This document shows positions 59,701 through 64,000 of a stretch of DNA of 64,000 nucleotides, in pieces. This DNA comes from Nemertoderma westbladi (Eukaryota; Animalia; Xenacoelomorpha), in assembly GCA_032718475.1 (NCBI GenBank), contig JAUCBJ010006248.1, positions 1 through 64,000 of the forward strand. Direction: 5' to 3'. The translations under genes and the position numbers were made by a program. Each line of letters begins with the position of its first letter. The first letter of the stretch is position 1. The notes beneath the pieces were generated by a model. That model was not told the DNA's origin, made no database searches, and saw nothing but the letters and a program-made list of their open reading frames with translations.

Positions 59701-62445
59701 AATGTGACGGATTTGGAATCAACAGCGCACTTTGTAATGTAGACTTACCTACCCTAAGGTGTGTGATGACCGCCGGTTCTCTTTCACACCACTAGTAGGC
59801 ACAACCGAAGGCGTATGGGATCGAGAAACAGATTATTTGTGTCTCGCCGAAGCACTGGAGGCCCGGTGGAACGGGAAGCAGGGAGGGGGTTTCACCGGGG
59901 TTCTGGGGGCAATCCGTAGGAGGCGACTGTTCGGCCTGCGGCAGACGAATTCCCTCTGTCTCCGTGGAGGGCGCCGCCCCTGGCGCGGTCTCGGGTTTGG
60001 GGATAGGGCGGGAATCGTATGAACAGTCGACTGTCTAGATTTATCGGTTTCCGACCCGGACAGATGTTATCGCCTGCACAATGGTCTTCGATATTAACCT
60101 TAAATATTTCATATAAACTTTAGATATATAATAGAAACTTGATTTATTGTGCTATAATTTCTACATTATTATTAAGTTCCACGCAATTATATTCGGTATG
60201 TGTTATTATATAATTACTTTTTTCCACTTTCGAATAAATCTACATGATCTAAGTCATAATCTAGTATTTGACAGAGTTAGGTCCAATTCGGTAAACGTTA
60301 GGTACTGTAACATTAGGTACCATAGCGTTAGGTCCTGGTGTGCCTAGGTCCCTTACTTAATGTCTAGACTTAATATTTATCTTCGGTTATTGTTTTGGTT
60401 CGAAAATCCGTGCACTGCAACGTGCACAGAATCCCTTAATTGTCCCCAAGGACCCGAACCCCCGAACACCCGAACCTTTTTGAGCTTATAATAGTTTATA
60501 GCTTATATAATAGTTTATAGCTTAAAATAGTTTATAGCTTATATAATAGTTTATAGCTTATATAATAGTTTATAGCTTATAATAGTTTATAGCTTATATA
60601 ATAGTTTATAGCTTAAAATAGTTTATAGCTTATATAATAGTTTATAGCTTATATAATAGTTTATAGCTTTTATAATAGTTTATAGCTTATATAATAGTTT
60701 ATAGCTTATAATAGTTTATAGCTTATATAATAGTTAATAGCTTATAATTCATTCATTCATTGTGGCTATAATCAAATTAAATTGATATAATTGTGAAGTA
60801 AAAAGTGCACAGCACGAATAGAAATAGAAACTAAATAATTAATAAAATTAATTAATAGAATATAAAGTAATTATAAGGTTACATTGTGAAAGGCAGTAAA
60901 ATGAATGGCGATGCACCAAATGATAATTGATACAGACAGATAATAAGAAACCATAAAAACTGTCATTCAGTTTTGTTTCGTTGGGGCCGGTCAACTATAC
61001 AATACATAATAGTATAATAGACATAGTTAGTTATTTGTACATGATAGTCTGCAGGTGGTTGTGAGTATCTATGTGTAAAGCGTGCCTGGGAGCCAACTAA
61101 CAATAGAATATGTTCACAGTAAATTATAAAAAAGGCCATTTTTCAAGCGCTCAACTGTACATGTACACTATATAACGTGTACACACTGTATAACTAAAAA
61201 GTCATAGAGGTCAGATTTCCCAGGAACCTGCTGTAATAGACAACATTCACTCTCATTGAATCCAGGGCAAGAGTTTGTGTTGTATTCTGAGGAAGGAGCT
61301 ATCAGCTGGGTAAGATGTTTATTTGCGAGAGAGATCCCACTCTATAACTTGGCAATTGCTCAAATCCATTCAGCTGAATGGCACAGTAGAGCATTGATTC
61401 TGGGTTACAACTAATAAACAATCAATGACAAATTCTCGTTGATTTGCACACCAACGTCTAATAATTGGATGAAGTGTGTTCGAGAGCGAAGGATATTGAG
61501 CTCAACATAAGAACTTACATATTCTTAATCATCTCGAGAATTAATTAATTAATTAACGCGTAACCTATTCCATGGCCAGTACATATACAAAAACCACCAT
61601 ACAAAATTTGGTAACGCTCCACCGGTTCGTTTAGTAAAAAATAAGAAAAGTAAATTTTCTTCGGCCGTTAAGCTAGGGATTACGCACAAAGTCTGACGAC
61701 TTATTTCCAGTGCGGTCCCCCCAGAACTTTACTTCCCAGAGGTAACTCCAGTACTCATTTAGCTACCACTTAAGGATGCCAGGCAGAGATGCGCCCTGGC
61801 TGGTCCCTTTAAAGCATTCATGCCGAAACGAAAACTGCCCTGGCCCATGTGATGATCGAACCCACGACCTACGGGAAATGTGAATTCAATGCAACCACTA
61901 CACAAAGGTGGTTTAGGCGGTGATACGGCTATGACAAATCTCCAATTTATTTAATGACAAACATAGGTAGATAACCAGCCCATTCACAATTGTATTATAG
62001 ATAATAATAAAACAAGTTAAATCTAGGTCTACCATTTAAATGCACCCAAATTTAATAACCAAATTGTCGTGTGCCTATTATAAAGTTTCAAAATGTATGC
62101 TATTATACTTTTACTTTAATAGTCACTACTGGTGTGTGTAAGCATAATAATTATATTATGCAATTTAACTTACAATAATTAAATCATGTTTTTTTGAAAT
62201 TTGAACTTTACCATGCTCTATACATTATATTATCTTAGTTTTTCCTTATGCTGGAACATATTTATTTTTAAATATTTCCTTGTTTCACATAGGACATGCA
62301 AGTACAGCAGTTCTTTAACGAAGGGACCCAATGCAGTGCCTGTCAGGATGGCCGTGTCTGTCGGGGTGGTTTGTGTGCGCTTCCTGATGAAGAGAGGGAC
62401 CTGATAGAAGAATTACCAAATTGCTCCAATGAAGCACATCAAGAT
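29453..62445 (+). CDS. Spliced gene copy B: secreted CAP/SCP-domain protein, paralog of copy A (3'-partial)
   Basis: Exons 29453-29703, 30029-30184, 31408-31633 and 62293-62445 join in frame with canonical GT/AG; intron 3 is 30.7 kb and filled with LTR elements. Confidence 0.75.
29916..30020. repeat. (AGATATA)n microsatellite abutting the exon 2 acceptor
   Basis: About 14 degenerate 7-bp units. Confidence 0.85.
30029..30184 (+). CDS. Copy B exon 2 (CAP)
   Basis: CSNAHG...GLGQNIHG...FYDEV; phase 2-2. Confidence 0.88.
30205..30480 (+). mobile_element. tRNA-derived SINE, full length
   Basis: A box GGTGTAGTGG, B box GGTTCGATCC, TTTAC-repeat tail; second copy at 61646-61911 (minus). Confidence 0.88.
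31408..31633 (+). CDS. Copy B exon 3 (CAP1/CAP2 motifs)
   Basis: RFTMDSWHC...CGHFDQLM...FLVCEYF...CLF; cccAG acceptor, GTAAGT donor. Confidence 0.9.
31903..32460 (-). repeat. BEL-1 3' LTR, distal part
   Basis: Near-identical to 57734-58291. Confidence 0.92.
32461..34040 (-). repeat. BEL-2 3' LTR (~1.58 kb) with a low-complexity CTAACT-rich tract
   Basis: Begins TG right after the PPT on the minus strand; its end matches 39616-39827. Confidence 0.78.
34356..39557 (-). pseudogene. BEL-2 gag-protease, frameshifted
   Basis: ORFs 37701-39557, 36990-37388, 36246-36929, 35527-36513 (DUF1759-like Gag) and 34356-35375 (aspartic protease DSGA); knuckles CQLHRDGTHKTRSC and CHRCVVEGH at ~35350-35480. 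Confidence 0.82.
39827..41187 (-). mobile_element. Gypsy remnant: integrase 3' part, PPT and ~205-bp 3' LTR
   Basis: ORF 40171-41187 with CLEC, AVDLL, LSDQG, GVVERMN and GPF (GPY/F) module; PPT AACAGGGGGGA followed by TGTTATAGG at 40032. Confidence 0.88.
41187..41583 (-). repeat. BEL-1 3' LTR, proximal part
   Basis: Matches 59310-59669 with one ~37-bp indel. Confidence 0.9.
42563..43810 (-). pseudogene. Accessory ORF of BEL-1 between pol and the 3' LTR, unknown function
   Basis: GC-richer island in an AT-rich 3' region; 252-aa ORF 43021-43779, overlapping ORF 42818-43135, and a same-frame continuation to 42563. Confidence 0.6.
44570..52351 (-). pseudogene. BEL-1 pol (RT, Pao RNase H, integrase), disrupted and internally triplicated
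   Basis: YYLPHH, KVRVV, GPNL, DMEAMFHQV, NFYMDD, FDP, FSDAS, VPRAELQAA, WTD, NPAD, GVDCFGP, SDKGTNF, GGSWERLV, RPVQDIVLL. Confidence 0.93.
45083..50828. repeat. Tandem triplication of a ~1.92-kb RNase H-integrase block
   Basis: Units 45083-47004, 47005-48926 (1922 bp each) and 48927-50828 (1902 bp); identical junctions GAACAAAT|CTCGATTTC. Confidence 0.95.
52369..56615 (-). pseudogene. BEL-1 gag-protease, frameshifted
   Basis: Acidic/coiled-coil N-terminus, DUF1759-like core (KFMGNHKHWRMF...KFNYL), three Zn knuckles (CQFC..HKLDSC, CWTCHAPGHVRRQC, CMECGRQHH), protease MLDTAS. Confidence 0.88.
57734..59669 (-). repeat. BEL-1 5' LTR (1936 bp)
   Basis: TGTTACG...TTTAACA on the minus strand; both ends are duplicated in the split 3' LTR; minus-strand CCAAT (~59245) and TATAAA (59202-59207). 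Confidence 0.92.
59675..59723 (+). pseudogene. Relic of the 5' end of CAP exon 3
   Basis: TTCAACATGGATTCTTGG[ATTGG]AAATGTGACGGATTTGGAATCAAC (FNMDSW-KCDGFGIN) compared with FNMESWKCEGFVNN in copy A and FTMDSWHCEGFENN in copy B. Confidence 0.6.
59750..60022 (+). mobile_element. 3' fragment of an RLE-type (CRE-like) non-LTR retrotransposon
   Basis: FTPLVGTTEGVW...LAEALEARW...LCLRGGR resembles the C-terminus of CRE-clade ORFs. Confidence 0.6.
60483..60748. repeat. 17-19-bp AT-rich minisatellite (AGCTTATATAATAGTTTAT)n
   Basis: About 14 tandem units. Confidence 0.92.
61646..61911 (-). mobile_element. tRNA-derived SINE, same family as 30205-30480
   Basis: Reverse-complement match over ~265 bp. 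Confidence 0.88.
62293..62445 (+). CDS. Copy B exon 4 (hinge)
   Basis: DMQVQQFFNEGTQCSACQDGRVCRGGLCALPDEERDLIEELPNCSNEAHQD; cacatAG acceptor, GTTAGT donor. Confidence 0.85.
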
Positions 62446-62695
62446 GTTAGTTTAGAACAGTACTTTTAATAATTAACAATATAAATTTAAAGCTGTAAAA
62501 ATAAATATTCTACTTTTTTATTATATTCTTGTCACAAATATTCTAGTAAGATGCTCGCCCATTGAATTATTTTTTTATTTTAAGTATCTTTTATTGTTAG
62601 TTATGGAATGTGATAGATTATTGCTCAAACATAAAAAAAAGAATGGCAGGCCTCGGCAAATTGCCGGGACCCAACACTGCACTGCAAGTACGATC

Positions 62696-64000
62696 AGCGG
62701 CGTAGCCAAGGGGGGGGGGGGGGGGGGGGGGGAATCCAAGGATTGATCCCAATATTGAAAAGAAAACCTGAACAGATAAAAATTATAGAAATTTGAGTTG
62801 CAATTAGAACATTATCACCATTATTGTCAGCAATTTCACCTTTGTAAACTCAGCAACAAACATGGACGGGTCCAGGAATTTCTTATTAGGGGGCTTAAAT
62901 TTTTTTTACAATAATTATAATTATAATAATAGTACAATTTATGCAAATTCAGTTATTTATTAGGACAGTATATAAGAAAGCATATAAAGTAAAAGAATAG
63001 TATATATACTATTATAGAAGTGCTTGCTATAAAGTGAAAATCTATAATAATTAATTTTAATTTATTAAAATTATTATTAACATTAATATAATATACGATT
63101 TTAATTAATCGTATGTGACGATTTAGCCTCTTGCCACGATGTTAAGAATGGCATTTATAGCAATGTCAATGTCCCGATGAACACTCATGAGGGCAAGCCC
63201 AGAAAGACGCTCCTGGGTTATAGTTGATTGAAGGTAAGTTTTTAGGAGCTTTAATTTAGAAAACTAACGTTCCACTATGGCATTTGAAACTGGGGAGCAG
63301 CATTGCCATAGATGGCATGAATTGGTCCTCAGCCATCGTTATCAAAGTGGAAGAGGAAATCACCAGCTTTAGTCCATCACTAAGTTGACTGCTTCCACCT
63401 CAACAGTAACAATGGTCTTTACTGGATCTAAATCTCCCGCAAACGTATCTGCTGCCTCCAATACTAGCTGTAAATTTATTTCAGTCCTAAATGCTGCTAT
63501 AATTTCATGTAAGTTATAGTTGATTGAAGGTAAGTTTTTAGGAGCTTTAATTTAGAAAACTAACGTTCCACTATGGCATTTGAAACAGGGGAGCAGCATT
63601 GCCACAGATGGCATGAATTGGTCCTCAGCCATCGTGATCAAAGTGGAAAAGGAAGTCACCAGCTTCAGTCCATCACTAAGTTGACTGCTTCCACCTCAGC
63701 AGTAACAATGGTCTTTAGTGGATCTAAATCTGCCGCAAACGTATCTGCTGCCTCCAATACTAGCTGTAAACTTCTTTCAGTTCTAAATGCTGGTATAAGT
63801 TCCTGTAAATGGACAACAGGAAGGACGTTGTCACTGAACTGTCGTTTCAGCTCGCCCAAGATATGATCCAGAAATGGCAAAAATATTGCTACTCTATTAT
63901 AAGTTTCTGGATCAGACACAGGAGGATTAGCACGATTGCATTGACGCCCAACTAACCTCGGAATTGTGATATCCTGATTAAGGTCTACAGCAAGATTCTT
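62696..64000 (-). mobile_element. Decayed hAT DNA transposon (ZMYM1/THAP12-like transposase C-terminus) with an internal 296-bp tandem duplication
   Basis: RQCNRANPP.SDPETYNRVAIFLPFLDHILGELKRQF; dimerization-domain motif VER.FSKLKLLKTYLQSTITQERLSGLALMSVH; terminus CAGCGGCGTAGCC at 62696; duplication 63217-63512 / 63513-63808. Confidence 0.8.

Overview
AT-rich eukaryotic DNA, most likely from a marine invertebrate; the taxon cannot be fixed from sequence alone. The host content is a + strand tandem pair of spliced genes for a secreted CAP/SCP-domain protein. Copy A has 10 exons at 7501-22417, with its first exon upstream of the window, and encodes CAP, a Cys-rich hinge, LDLa-like modules and 4 ShKT domains. 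Copy B has 4 exons at 29453-62445 and continues past the window. The rest is mostly transposable elements: a short-LTR Gypsy nested in an RTE-like LINE, LINE/SINE/MITE/MULE/hAT relics, and a 27.8-kb BEL/Pao insertion (TSD GTATG) in intron 3 of copy B. That insertion carries a triplicated RNase H-integrase block and an extra ORF after pol. It also contains a nested gag-protease-only BEL element and a Gypsy remnant. Two observations stand out. First, all three LTR elements whose 5' LTR/leader junction survives lack a tRNA primer-binding site and instead have, at that position, sequence complementary to their own LTR (Tf1-like self-priming geometry, including in two BEL/Pao elements). Second, a minimal type I hammerhead ribozyme is fused to a tRNA-like Pol III head at 5738-5847. 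All calls were made by eye, with no database search.
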